64,000 bases of DNA from an uncultured delta proteobacterium (GTDB taxonomy: Bacteria > Desulfobacterota > Syntrophia > Syntrophales > UBA2192): positions 845-64,844 of the forward strand of contig CAVPJD010000025.1 of assembly GCA_963705165.1 (NCBI GenBank), in the 5' to 3' direction. This document shows, piece by piece, positions 29,858 through 38,491 of this stretch (positions are counted from its first letter, which is position 1; each line of letters opens with the position of its first letter). The notes beneath the pieces are model-generated. The model ran no database searches. It had not been told where the DNA came from and saw only the letters and a program-made list of their open reading frames with translations. The position numbers and the translations under genes are program-made.

Positions 29858-31543
29858 TCAGTTGCCCCTGCTGTCCGGCACAACTCTCGGCGTGATGAAG
29901 ATGAGGATTTCACGCTTGGTCCTCTGTTCTTCCTCCGCTTTGAAGAGCCAGCCGAGCACGGGAACCTTGTAGACGCCGGGCACGCCGCTGGTCCCCTTGA
30001 GGTCATTGGACTTGTAAATGCCGCCGATGACGATCGTGTCGCCGTCATGGACCACGACGGTGGAGTCGACCTCGTTTTTGATGATGGGCGGGTTGCCCTG
30101 GATCGACCGTGTATAGTCGGGATAGTCGTTGGTGGCCTTGATCTCCATGGAGATCTTTCCCTCGGGGGTGATGGTCGGCTTCACGTCGAGCTTGAGCACC
30201 GCTTCCTTGAACATGACGGTCCGGGTGACGACGCCGCCCGAGGTGGATTCGGTCACGTAGGGGACTTCCTCGCCCTGCTTGATCACCGCCTTGACGTTGT
30301 CGAGCGTCGTGACCTTCGGGGAGGAGATGATCTTACCCTCGGCCGAGCTCTCCAGCGCATTGATCTGGGCGCTGAGAACGAAGTTGGCCCCGCCGATCAG
30401 GATGCCCAGACCCGGCGTCCCCGCCCAGGAAAAGGGGAAGTTCACCGCCTGGTTGCTGCCGGTAAAGCCGACGCCGTTCGGGAAAGCCTGCGGGACCGTC
30501 GTGGCGCCCGTCGAGCCTTGCGTCAGGCCCGAGGCGTACCCTGCCGAGCCGGCCAATCCGCCGATCGTTGTGTTGCCGGCGTTGGTCAGGAGCCCGCCGC
30601 CCCACTGGACACCAAGCCTCCTGAGAAAGGTATCAACGGCCTCGACGATCTGGGCCTCGATGGAGATCTGCTTCAACTTGCCGCGGGAGACGTCCTCCTT
30701 GAGACGCTGTTCCTCGGCCTTCTTGAGCTTGTCCGCGGGCATGACGACGATCACGTTGCCCTGCACCTTCGTCCCCAGCTGCTGGACGTCCATAATCGTC
30801 TCGAGCGCCTGGTCCCAGGGAACCTCTGTGAGCTTCATCGTGACGAGCCCCTTCACGTCCTCGCCGGCCACGATATTGAGGCCGCTCACCTCGGCGATGA
30901 GGCGGAAGACGCTCCGGATGTTGGCATCCTGGAAATCGGCCGTGATCTTCTGGCCCTTGTACTCCTTGCCTTCCTTCTTCTCGACCTTGATCTCCCTGGG
31001 TTTCGGCTCCGGCTGCGTCGCCCGGATCCGATCCACGTCCTTCGCCATGCTGGGGCTCTGGGGCATGTTGGCAATGTCCACATCGACGATGAGCTGGTTG
31101 CCCTCCTCGCGCACCAGGTGGGGCACGGCGTCCTTCAGGACGATCTTGACGGCTGTCACGGGACGCTCACCCGATTTCGTCTGGCTCGAGTAGACGCCCT
31201 CGATGACCTTGAAGCTGCCGTCGGGGCTCTTCGTCTTCAGATCATCGGGCACATACATCTTGTCCAGGGTGATCACGAGCGTCCGGGCCGAATCCCTGGA
31301 AGCGGTGTATCCCATGAGCTTGGAGGCGGAGACGATCACCCTCTCCTTGTCCGCCGTCTTGTCGAAGGCGATCTTCTCGACGTAGCCGACGTTGGCCAAC
31401 GCAGGACTTTTTGCGGCCGCGGCCGCATCGGCCGGTGCCGTCGCCGGGTCGGATGACGCGGGCCCGGCGTTCATCGTTGCGCAGCCGGCAACCAGCAACC
31501 CACAGAATGAAATCGTCAGTGCCCACATGCTCAGCTTCTTCAT
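29858..31543 (-). CDS. pilQ: type IV pilus secretin PilQ
   Basis: 561 aa. Signal/lipobox (LLVAGC), AMIN-like N-domain, secretin C-domain (...VPVLGWLFK...ILIFITPRVV). Confidence 0.9.
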   Translation of the reverse strand: MKKLSMWALTISFCGLLVAGCATMNAGPASSDPATAPADAAAAAKSPALANVGYVEKIAFDKTADKERVIVSASKLMGYTASRDSARTLVITLDKMYVPDDLKTKSPDGSFKVIEGVYSSQTKSGERPVTAVKIVLKDAVPHLVREEGNQLIVDVDIANMPQSPSMAKDVDRIRATQPEPKPREIKVEKKEGKEYKGQKITADFQDANIRSVFRLIAEVSGLNIVAGEDVKGLVTMKLTEVPWDQALETIMDVQQLGTKVQGNVIVVMPADKLKKAEEQRLKEDVSRGKLKQISIEAQIVEAVDTFLRRLGVQWGGGLLTNAGNTTIGGLAGSAGYASGLTQGSTGATTVPQAFPNGVGFTGSNQAVNFPFSWAGTPGLGILIGGANFVLSAQINALESSAEGKIISSPKVTTLDNVKAVIKQGEEVPYVTESTSGGVVTRTVMFKEAVLKLDVKPTITPEGKISMEIKATNDYPDYTRSIQGNPPIIKNEVDSTVVVHDGDTIVIGGIYKSNDLKGTSGVPGVYKVPVLGWLFKAEEEQRTKREILIFITPRVVPDSRGN

Positions 31544-32115
31544 GGTCTTCCCTCGCCTTCTTCTTTATGGAGCTTCAGCGCCACGCGATGCATTTTTTCC
31601 TTGCCCTTGCTCTCTCCGAGTTTCTCTTCCACGATGACCCGGTCGGGAAGGATCTGGATCACCTTGCCGCCGTTCTCCCCGATGAGAGTCCCCACATAAA
31701 CGAGATACCCTTTTCCCCCGCCGCCGCCGTCTTCGACCATGGCCACGCGCTTCGACGATGACCCGGCGATGCCCGTCACCCGGACCTTGTCCAGGGCAAC
31801 CCGCTGCAGCGGCGTGAGATGGCCCGTGAGTTTCTTTATCTCCGGCCCCTTTTTCGAGGGGGTGGGCAGCTCGAGCCTCACGAAGGGCTTGAAGGGGTCG
31901 ATTTTCCCCTTCGGGTCGTACCGATAGTCCGGCATTTCAAGGGGTGGCGCCTCTTGCCGGGCTTCCTGCTGGACCGCCGGTTTCACCTCCGCGGGCTTTG
32001 CCGCAGGGGGTGTGGCCGCCGGGGCAGCCGTCACGAAACCCGCAAGCAGCAAGACGAGGGCCAGGCTTCTCGCCAGGAGCTTATTTCTTTTGAGCCGCTT
32101 TCTTGTCCGTTCCAT
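31540..32115 (-). CDS. pilP: type IV pilus assembly protein PilP
   Basis: ORF 31540..32151 begins with TTG; ATG 32115 (MERTRKRLKRNKLLARSLALVLLLAG...) is preferred. Stop overlaps the pilQ start (ATGA). Start position uncertain. Confidence 0.75.
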   Translation of the reverse strand: MERTRKRLKRNKLLARSLALVLLLAGFVTAAPAATPPAAKPAEVKPAVQQEARQEAPPLEMPDYRYDPKGKIDPFKPFVRLELPTPSKKGPEIKKLTGHLTPLQRVALDKVRVTGIAGSSSKRVAMVEDGGGGGKGYLVYVGTLIGENGGKVIQILPDRVIVEEKLGESKGKEKMHRVALKLHKEEGEGRP

Positions 32116-32722
32116 CAGCCTTCTTGCTCCCTTCAACGGGCTTTTCGACAAACATGTAGGTCTTGATCAGGAAACTCGTTGCCAGGACGGGGCCCTTGAG
32201 GCCGTTTGTGTCCTTGGTGCCTTCCCGCCTTTCCATGGAGATATCCGACACGTTGACGATGCGGGGCAGCTTCGCCACTTTCTCGAAGAAGATGGCCGTG
32301 TCGTGGTAGACCCCGGTGAGCGAGATCTTCACGGGCAGCTCGGCGTAGAACTCCTTCTCCACGGGAGCCAGGGGCTCAAAGAGCTGGAACTCGACCCCGC
32401 CCAGTCCCTCGGCCTCCGACATGGAGATCAGCAGCCCCGGGATCTCCTTCTGCTCGGGCAGCTTCGCCATGGCCACCTTCAGCTGCTCCTGCAGCTGGGC
32501 GATCTCCTTCTCGAACCGGAGCTTCTCCTCCATCAGCTTCTGCTTCTGGGCGAGCTCCATCTGGACGGCCGAGAGGTCCTGCTGGAGTTTCTCCTCCCGT
32601 TGCATGGCATCCTGGTAGTAGATCGAGTAGTAGGAGAATCCCAGCAGGATGAAGAGCACGACCAGCGCCAGGACCTTCTGCCGCACGGGCATTCTTTTGA
32701 TATCGTCAACGCTCAGTGCCAT
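32081..32722 (-). CDS. pilO: type IV pilus assembly protein PilO
   Basis: 213 aa. One TM segment (VLALVVLFILLGFSYYSIYY), a coiled coil, and position between pilN and pilP. Confidence 0.8.
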   Translation of the reverse strand: MALSVDDIKRMPVRQKVLALVVLFILLGFSYYSIYYQDAMQREEKLQQDLSAVQMELAQKQKLMEEKLRFEKEIAQLQEQLKVAMAKLPEQKEIPGLLISMSEAEGLGGVEFQLFEPLAPVEKEFYAELPVKISLTGVYHDTAIFFEKVAKLPRIVNVSDISMERREGTKDTNGLKGPVLATSFLIKTYMFVEKPVEGSKKADGTDKKAAQKK

Positions 32723-32724
32723 GC

Positions 32725-33273
32725 TCAGATCCCCTTCTTGAGACCGCAGGACAGGGTGAACTGCTTCAGCTTGTTGCCCGCGATTTCCGTTTGTTTCGAA
32801 GAGACCAGGTCGACGGAGATGAGTTGCTTGGATTTTTCCAGGTTCCTCATGAATTTCGCGATGGCGATGTTGTCCTTCGCGAAGCCGTCGATCTTCACGT
32901 CCGTTTCGGATTCTTTCATCGATTTGATCCAGACCTGGCTGGCCGGGACCATGGAGGTCAGCTCATCCAGAAAGGAGACCTTGGCGAACCGGTTCTTCTC
33001 GAGGTAGCTGATGACGTTGAGCCGTTTTTCCAGGATCTCTTTCGCTTTCTTGTACTGGTTGATGTCGCCAATGCTCGACTTGAGCTGCTCGAGCCTCTGC
33101 TGCGCGCTCTGGACGTCATTCTCGAGGTCGTTGAGCTTCATCACGGTGAAGATGTGGAACCCGAGCAGCAGGACCGCGAAGGCGACTCCCAGGGAACCGA
33201 GGATGACGACCTGGTTCTTCGACTGGACTTCCTTTTTCTTTTCCCGATAGGGAAGCAGGTTGACCTTGATCAT
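32725..33273 (-). CDS. pilN: type IV pilus assembly protein PilN
   Basis: 182 aa, MIKVNLLPYREKKKE... followed by a TM segment, the canonical PilN start. Confidence 0.85.
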   Translation of the reverse strand: MIKVNLLPYREKKKEVQSKNQVVILGSLGVAFAVLLLGFHIFTVMKLNDLENDVQSAQQRLEQLKSSIGDINQYKKAKEILEKRLNVISYLEKNRFAKVSFLDELTSMVPASQVWIKSMKESETDVKIDGFAKDNIAIAKFMRNLEKSKQLISVDLVSSKQTEIAGNKLKQFTLSCGLKKGI

Positions 33274-34340
33274 TTGTCCCCGATCCTCCTCATGGCGAGC
33301 CCGACACCGACAGAGGCCTGCGGCCCGATTTCTTTCAGGTCTTCGGCAGAGAACGATTTCTTGTCGAAGGCCACCTTCCGGAAGGGGTTGGCGATCTCGA
33401 CTTCCACGTTGAGACGCTGGAGAAGGGCCTCACCGATGCCGGGCATCCTGGCCGTCCCGCCGCACAGCAGGATCTGCTTGATGAACTTTCCGGGATAGGT
33501 CGAGCGGAAGTAGTCGACGGAACGCTCGATCTCCAGCAGCAGGGGGTCGGCATAATTGAGGAGTTCCTCCTTGCTCTGCTCGTCGCCGGAAAGCGCCTTC
33601 TCCAGCTTCGCGCGCTCGGCCTCCTCGAAGGAAACCCCCGTCTTGTCCTGGAGGTTTTCCGTGATCGAGTATCCCCCCAAGGGGAAGTCGCGGATGAAGA
33701 TGGAGGCGCCCCCTTTGACGACGTTGATGTTGGTCATGCTGGCCCCGATGCTCACGAGGATGCAGACATCCTCGTGCCCGTAGTCGTAGTTTTCCTCGTA
33801 CATCGTCTCCAGGGCGAAGGAGTCCACATCCATGATGGCCACTTCGAGCCCCGCCTTCCGGAAGGTGTCGATGTAGCTCTGGACGACATCCTTCTTGGCG
33901 GCAACGAGGAAGACCTCCATCTGGCCGGTGCTCATCTCGCTGGGGCCCAGGATCTGGAAGTCGAAGTTGACGTCCTTCATGTCGCCGAAGGGAAGGTATT
34001 TCTCGATCTCGTCGCTGATCAGCTCCCTCAGCGATTCCTCATCCATGGAGGGGAAGCTGATCTTCTTGGCAATGACGGAGTATCCGGACAGGGAAGTGAC
34101 GACCGCCCGGGCCTTGCAGCGGGAGATCTTGAGGAGTTCCTTGATGCGCTCGACCAGGGCGTTGGGATTGACGATGAGGCCGTCGGTGATAATGCCCTTT
34201 GCGAGGGGAACGCTGGCGTAGTTCTGGAGTACGTACCCTTCGGGCCCCTCGGCGATCTCGGCAATCTTGATGGAACTGGATCCGATGTCGAGTCCCGCAA
34301 TCTGTTTCTTGCTTGCAAACAGGCCGTTCAGTTTGAGCAT
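33270..34340 (-). CDS. pilM: type IV pilus assembly ATPase-like protein PilM
   Basis: 356 aa, ...IAGLDIGSSSIKIAEI... actin-like fold. Stop overlaps the pilN start. Confidence 0.9.
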   Translation of the reverse strand: MLKLNGLFASKKQIAGLDIGSSSIKIAEIAEGPEGYVLQNYASVPLAKGIITDGLIVNPNALVERIKELLKISRCKARAVVTSLSGYSVIAKKISFPSMDEESLRELISDEIEKYLPFGDMKDVNFDFQILGPSEMSTGQMEVFLVAAKKDVVQSYIDTFRKAGLEVAIMDVDSFALETMYEENYDYGHEDVCILVSIGASMTNINVVKGGASIFIRDFPLGGYSITENLQDKTGVSFEEAERAKLEKALSGDEQSKEELLNYADPLLLEIERSVDYFRSTYPGKFIKQILLCGGTARMPGIGEALLQRLNVEVEIANPFRKVAFDKKSFSAEDLKEIGPQASVGVGLAMRRIGDK

Positions 34341-34726
34341 GGGGTCCTCTGTGTTTTGCGGTCTCGCCCGGCCTGAAAACCGGAACGGACGGAGTTGGTT
34401 AGGACTGGTTCACTTCGCACCACTACGGGCAATACGTTAAGCAAGCACTATGCCACGGGCAGGCTCTGGGACCGGGTGCGGCCCGGTTGAGCCGGCTGTA
34501 ACCCCGGAAGGCCCCGATTTTGAGGCCTTTTCACCCGGGCATCCCCCGGGGAGGTTCTCCCGCGGGGCGATCCGGCAGGGGAAAAACCCTAATTTCTATA
34601 ATCGGCACTGATCGGGCTTGACTTAAATAAAAGAATACGGCAGGCGGTTTTTGAATTGGCAGGAGATCGCGAGAACGCGCTGCATGAGAGCGTTTTCGGG
34701 GGAGTGTAAAGGTTTTTGACACCCCG

Positions 34727-34888
34727 GGAGGAGGGGAGGAAGTTAAGAGGTTAAGAGGGTAAGAAGGTAAGAAGGTCGAAGAAGAGGAGGGAAAGAAGCT
34801 GAGAGGGTGAGAAGGTCGGACAGGCAGGGGGCCAGCGATTGACTGCCGGCTGATCCAACCTTCTTACCCTCTTACCCTCTCAACCTCT
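34727..34888. repeat. long purine-rich heptamer array (GGTAAGA family) with an opposed partner
   Basis: gggaggaggggaggaagttaagaggttaagagggtaagaaggtaagaaggtcgaagaagaggagggaaagaagctgagagggtgagaaggtcgg, a spacer, then ccaaccttcttaccctcttaccctctcaacctc. Confidence 0.7.
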
Positions 34889-34900
34889 GAATTGAAAGGA

Positions 34901-35167
34901 TCAGTCGACGTGCCGGTAGACCCTGTCGTTTCGTCTGACCATCCCCAACTCGTCACGGGCCACCTTTTCGATGTAGCGCATGTCGTTGCGGAGCAGGAGG
35001 ATCTCCTTCTTGAGGGCGTCGTTCTTCACGACGAGCTCCCCGTTGCTGTTCTGAATGTCGAGGAGCTTCTGGTTCAGGCGGTAGTTGTCCAGGACTCCCC
35101 TGTTGCCGAAGAGGATGACCGACCCCATCAGGATCAGGAAGAGCAGAAGAACTTTCCCCACCTTCAT
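34901..35167 (-). CDS. ftsB: cell division protein FtsB/DivIC (septum formation initiator)
   Basis: 88 aa. N-terminal TM segment, coiled coil, ...EKVARDELGMVR motif. Confidence 0.85.
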   Translation of the reverse strand: MKVGKVLLLFLILMGSVILFGNRGVLDNYRLNQKLLDIQNSNGELVVKNDALKKEILLLRNDMRYIEKVARDELGMVRRNDRVYRHVD

Positions 35168-35191
35168 CCGCTATCCCCCCGCAACCGAGTC

Positions 35192-36397
35192 CTATCGTTT
35201 TCGGCGACCCTCCGGCGGCTCAGGGCTCACCGAGGGAAGGAGCATCTGGGGCTCGCCCAGCAGGAACTCCCCTTTTTCGATCCAGCTCTTGAGCGTCTCG
35301 GCGATCTGCCTCGCCCGGTAGTAGCTCGACATGGAGGCCGTGGCCACTTCCTTGCCGTTGAGGACGATCCGGCCGCTCCGAAGCTCCTTGTACGTCACCT
35401 CTCCGAGGCTCTTCATCTCGCCGCCGCCGGGATAGTCCATGCTGTAGTCATAAATCTGGGTCTGGATGTCTTCGTCCTTCACGGCGGTGAAGCGGGCCAT
35501 CTGCTCGTCGAGGATCGGGATGGGGATCCCGATGCCGACATAGAGGGAGACGCCGTATCCCAGGAAGCTGGCTCCCACCAGCCACTCCGGGGACATCTCC
35601 TTCAAATCGCCGATGACGGCAAGCGTCCCTGCCCCGCCCGTCGGGACCCCGCCGGGCCCCCGGGGCGTATTCGGGTGGTGCTGCGTGCCGTGCCAGGCCA
35701 CGTAGCCCTGGGCCCCGCCGAGAAAAATGCGGGTCCCGATGCCGATCGTCCGGTAGTAGGGGTCGTTGAAGAGCGGGCTGAGCTGGCCCGACGTGGAGTA
35801 ATTGGCATTGGCCATCCGCGGGCGCAGGACCCCCATATAGGTGTAGATCGTCTTGTCGGACATGTTCACGGCGCAGTTGTAGTTCTGGTAGCAGTTGCGC
35901 GGGTTGAAGAGCATGGCATCCCGCAGGTCGTGCAGCAGGATGTTCTTCTCCTGCTTGCGCGAGGGGTAGCAGTCCGTGCCGTAGCCCTCCAGGCGCAGGC
36001 GGATCACGTTGCCGGCGACGAGGTCCTCGATGACGTGGCCGCCGCCGTAGTTGAACTCGCCCGGGAAGACGCTGTTGAGGGGGTCGCCTTCGGCTACTTC
36101 GGTGACCCCGATGTAGCAATCGACCGCCGCAATCCCGCCGTAGGCCGCAACGTCATTGAGCCAGACCTTGTGGGCCTTGATGCGGGGGGAGGTGTGGCCG
36201 AAGTTCAGGAAGGCCCCCGAGGAGCACATGGGTCCGAAGGTTCCCGTGGTCACCACGTCGACCCGCCGTGCGGCCTCGATATCGCCGTGGCGCTCGACGA
36301 TGTCGATCATCTCCTCGGCCGTCACGACGACGGCCTTGCCCTGCCGGATCTTCTCGTTGATCTCGGCGATCGTCTTTTTGACTTTAAAACTTTTCAA
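35192..36397 (-). CDS. DUF39 / COG1900 homocysteine-biosynthesis protein
   Basis: ORF 35192..36490. The conserved part starts near KTIAEINEKIRQGKAVVVTAEEM...VDVVTTGTFGPMCSSGA. Upstream residues are translated nonamer repeats, so I place the start at TTG 36397 (uncertain). Confidence 0.8.
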   Translation of the reverse strand: MKSFKVKKTIAEINEKIRQGKAVVVTAEEMIDIVERHGDIEAARRVDVVTTGTFGPMCSSGAFLNFGHTSPRIKAHKVWLNDVAAYGGIAAVDCYIGVTEVAEGDPLNSVFPGEFNYGGGHVIEDLVAGNVIRLRLEGYGTDCYPSRKQEKNILLHDLRDAMLFNPRNCYQNYNCAVNMSDKTIYTYMGVLRPRMANANYSTSGQLSPLFNDPYYRTIGIGTRIFLGGAQGYVAWHGTQHHPNTPRGPGGVPTGGAGTLAVIGDLKEMSPEWLVGASFLGYGVSLYVGIGIPIPILDEQMARFTAVKDEDIQTQIYDYSMDYPGGGEMKSLGEVTYKELRSGRIVLNGKEVATASMSSYYRARQIAETLKSWIEKGEFLLGEPQMLLPSVSPEPPEGRRKR

Positions 36398-36474
36398 GAG
36401 TCTGTTCCGTCTATTCGGTCTGTTCCGTCTTAGTCTTTCCGGTCTATCCCGTCTATCAGTCTGTTCCGCCTGTA
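36398..36474. repeat. nonamer array TCCGTCTNT abutting the DUF39 start
   Basis: gagtctgt tccgtctat tcggtctgt tccgtctta gtctttcc ggtctatc ccgtctatc agtctgt tccgcctgt. Confidence 0.7.
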
Positions 36475-36506
36475 AGAGCCGGAATGCCATTCATGTACCG
36501 TTTCCA

Positions 36507-36538
36507 AACTTCCTATCTTCTTAACTTCCTAACTTCAC
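36507..36538. repeat. heptamer array (TCTTACC / CTTCCTA family)
   Basis: aacttcc tatcttc ttaactt cctaact tcacg. Confidence 0.55.
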
Positions 36539-36599
36539 GTATTTCCCGCTTTATTAGACTATTTTAAAACCAGTTGTCCAACAGAAATGCGGGAAATAC
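36539..36599. promoter_or_regulatory. perfect 11-bp inverted repeat enclosing a 39-nt AT-rich segment (dut / DUF39 spacer)
   Basis: GTATTTCCCGC (36539..36549) and GCGGGAAATAC (36589..36599). The loop is tttattagactattttaaaaccagttgtccaacagaaat. Confidence 0.5.
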
Positions 36600-36616
36600 A
36601 AGGTCGCGAGGCGGCC

Positions 36617-37067
36617 TTATTGGCCCGTGTGGCCGAAACCGCCGCTTCCGCGGGCCGTGTCCGACAAGCCCTGCCTGAAGTCCCAGATGACCCGGGAGAA
36701 GGGCGCCACGACCATCTGGGCGATCCGGTCGCCCCGCCGCACCACGAAAGGCTCGGTACCATGATTGATCAGGATGATCCGGATTTCACCGCGGTAATCG
36801 GCGTCGATCGTGCCCGGCGTGTTCACGAGCGTCACCCCGTTTTTCAGGGCCAGGCCGCTCCTGAGGCCGGATCTGGGCCTCGTAGCCCTCCGGCAGGGCG
36901 ATGGCGATTCCCGTGGGGACGAGGGCCCGCTCACCCGGGGCGATGACGATTTGAGCCTCTACGGCGGCAACGATGTCCATCCCCGCCGCATGCTCCGTCA
37001 TGTAGCGTGGAAGGGGAAGATCCTCCGACCCGCCCAACCGCTCAATGGCCACACGTACCGATTCCAT
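36617..37067 (-). CDS. dut: dUTP diphosphatase, apparent single-base frameshift
   Basis: N-terminal part from ORF 36786..37070 ([11 protein letters not shown]...[17 protein letters not shown]...). C-terminal part from ORF 36617..36934 ([35 protein letters not shown]...GSGGFGHTG). They join at [17 protein letters not shown] and need one base removed near 36862. Confidence 0.85.
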
Positions 37068-37071
37068 CAAA

Positions 37072-37123
37072 CTCGTCTGTTTCGTTCTTTTCGTTTATTT
37101 CGTTGGTTTCGTCAGTCGCTGAT
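37072..37123. repeat. nonamer array (T-rich variant TTCGTNNNT) just 5' of dut
   Basis: ctcgtctgt ttcgttctt ttcgtttat ttcgttggt ttcgtcagt cgc. Confidence 0.6.
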
Positions 37124-37140
37124 GCGACAGGCCAAAGGCT

Positions 37141-37222
37141 GCAGTCCACAGGCTACAGGCTAAAAAAATGAAAAACGGAATTTCTGCCGTCTGCGGCCTG
37201 TTGCCTGTTGCCTGTTGCCTTA
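37141..37222. repeat. opposed heptamer arrays (CAGGCTA / CTGTTGC)
   Basis: gcagtcca caggcta caggcta, a spacer, then ctgcggc ctgttgc ctgttgc ctgttgc ctta. The right arm touches the M16 peptidase stop. Confidence 0.7.
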
Positions 37223-38491
37223 GAGTTCGACATCCCCCGTGGGCATTTCCGATTCCGTCATCTCCCCGAGGAAGACCATGGAAAGGTTGGGGCGGGTGAA
37301 CATCTGCTCCGAGAGGGCCAGGATGTCCTCGCCGGTCACGGCCTCGATCTTCGCGACGATCTCCTCGGGAAGAATATTGCGGCCGAAATAGATCTCGTTG
37401 GTCGCCAGTTTCTGCATGCGGTTGTCGGTGCTCTCCATGCTGAGGAGCAGGTTCCCCTTGATCAGCTCTTTCGCCGATTGGAGCTCCTTGTCCGTGAAGA
37501 GCTCCGTTTTCATGCGCCTCATCTCGGCCAGGATGATATCGATGACCTCCTGCGTCTTGTCCTTGGAGGTCCCCACGTAGATGTTGAGCATCCCCGTGTC
37601 GCGGTAGGAAACGATGTAGGAGCGCACGGCATAGGCAAGCCCCCTTTTCTCGCGGATCTCCTGGAAGAGCCGCGAGCTCATGGAACCGCCGAAGACGGAA
37701 TTCATGAGGATGCCGGCAAATCGGTTGTTGTCCAGGGTCGCCGGGGCCGGCGTGCCCACGACGAGGTGGAGCTGCTCGAGTTCTTTCTCGATGCAGGTAA
37801 GGCGGGCCGTGGTTTGCGGTTTCTTTTCTTCGGATTTCACGTGAATGGCCGGGAGCGTCCCGAAGAGCTTCGCGACGAGATCGACGAGGCGCTCGTGTTC
37901 CATGTTCCCCACGGCGGCAATGACCAGGTTGTCCCCCCGGTAGCGCTCCTCGAAGAACTGCAGAACCTTTGCGCGCTCGAATGCGTCGACGGAGTCCCTC
38001 GTCCCGAGGACGGGCATGCCCAGGGAGTGCCCCTCCCAGAAATGCTTCTCGAAGATGTCGTGGATGTACTCGTCGGGCGTGTCCTCCACCATGCTGATCT
38101 CCTGGAGGACGACGGATTTCTCCTTGTCGATGTCATCGAGGTTGAACAGCGAGTTGATGAAGATGTCGGCCAGCAGGTCGATGGCCAGCGGAAGGTGGTA
38201 GTCGGGCACCTTGACGTAGAACGCCGTCAGCTCCTTGCCGGTGAAGGCGTTCATCACGCCCCCGACGGAATCGATGTCGGAGGCGATGTCAAAGGCCGAC
38301 CGCCCGGCCGTCCCCTTGAAAAGCATGTGCTCGATGAAGTGGGCCGTCCCGTTGATCCGCTCGTCCTCGTGGCGCGAGCCGCAGGGAATCCAGGCGCCGA
38401 TCGAGACGGAGCGGACGTGACGGATCTCTTCCGTGATGACCTTGATCCCGTTAGAAAGGACTGTTTTTCGGTACGTCTGCACCCAGGGCAT
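37220..38491 (-). CDS. M16-family (pitrilysin/insulinase) zinc peptidase
   Basis: 423 aa, ...GSRHEDERINGTAHFIEHMLFKGT... (inverted HxxEH zinc motif). Confidence 0.9.
   Translation of the reverse strand: MPWVQTYRKTVLSNGIKVITEEIRHVRSVSIGAWIPCGSRHEDERINGTAHFIEHMLFKGTAGRSAFDIASDIDSVGGVMNAFTGKELTAFYVKVPDYHLPLAIDLLADIFINSLFNLDDIDKEKSVVLQEISMVEDTPDEYIHDIFEKHFWEGHSLGMPVLGTRDSVDAFERAKVLQFFEERYRGDNLVIAAVGNMEHERLVDLVAKLFGTLPAIHVKSEEKKPQTTARLTCIEKELEQLHLVVGTPAPATLDNNRFAGILMNSVFGGSMSSRLFQEIREKRGLAYAVRSYIVSYRDTGMLNIYVGTSKDKTQEVIDIILAEMRRMKTELFTDKELQSAKELIKGNLLLSMESTDNRMQKLATNEIYFGRNILPEEIVAKIEAVTGEDILALSEQMFTRPNLSMVFLGEMTESEMPTGDVEL

Noticed and set aside
34381-34620. SRP RNA, RNase P RNA or tmRNA in the long pilM upstream region.
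   Set aside because: None of the hallmark motifs are present on either strand (for example the GGAAGCAGCC-type SRP domain IV loop, or the GAGGAAAGTCC of RNase P).
34640-34665. Sigma-54 promoter (TGGCAGgagatcGC) near the pil region.
   Set aside because: The GG-to-GC spacing is one nucleotide off consensus. It lies on the plus strand, where no downstream plus-strand gene exists.
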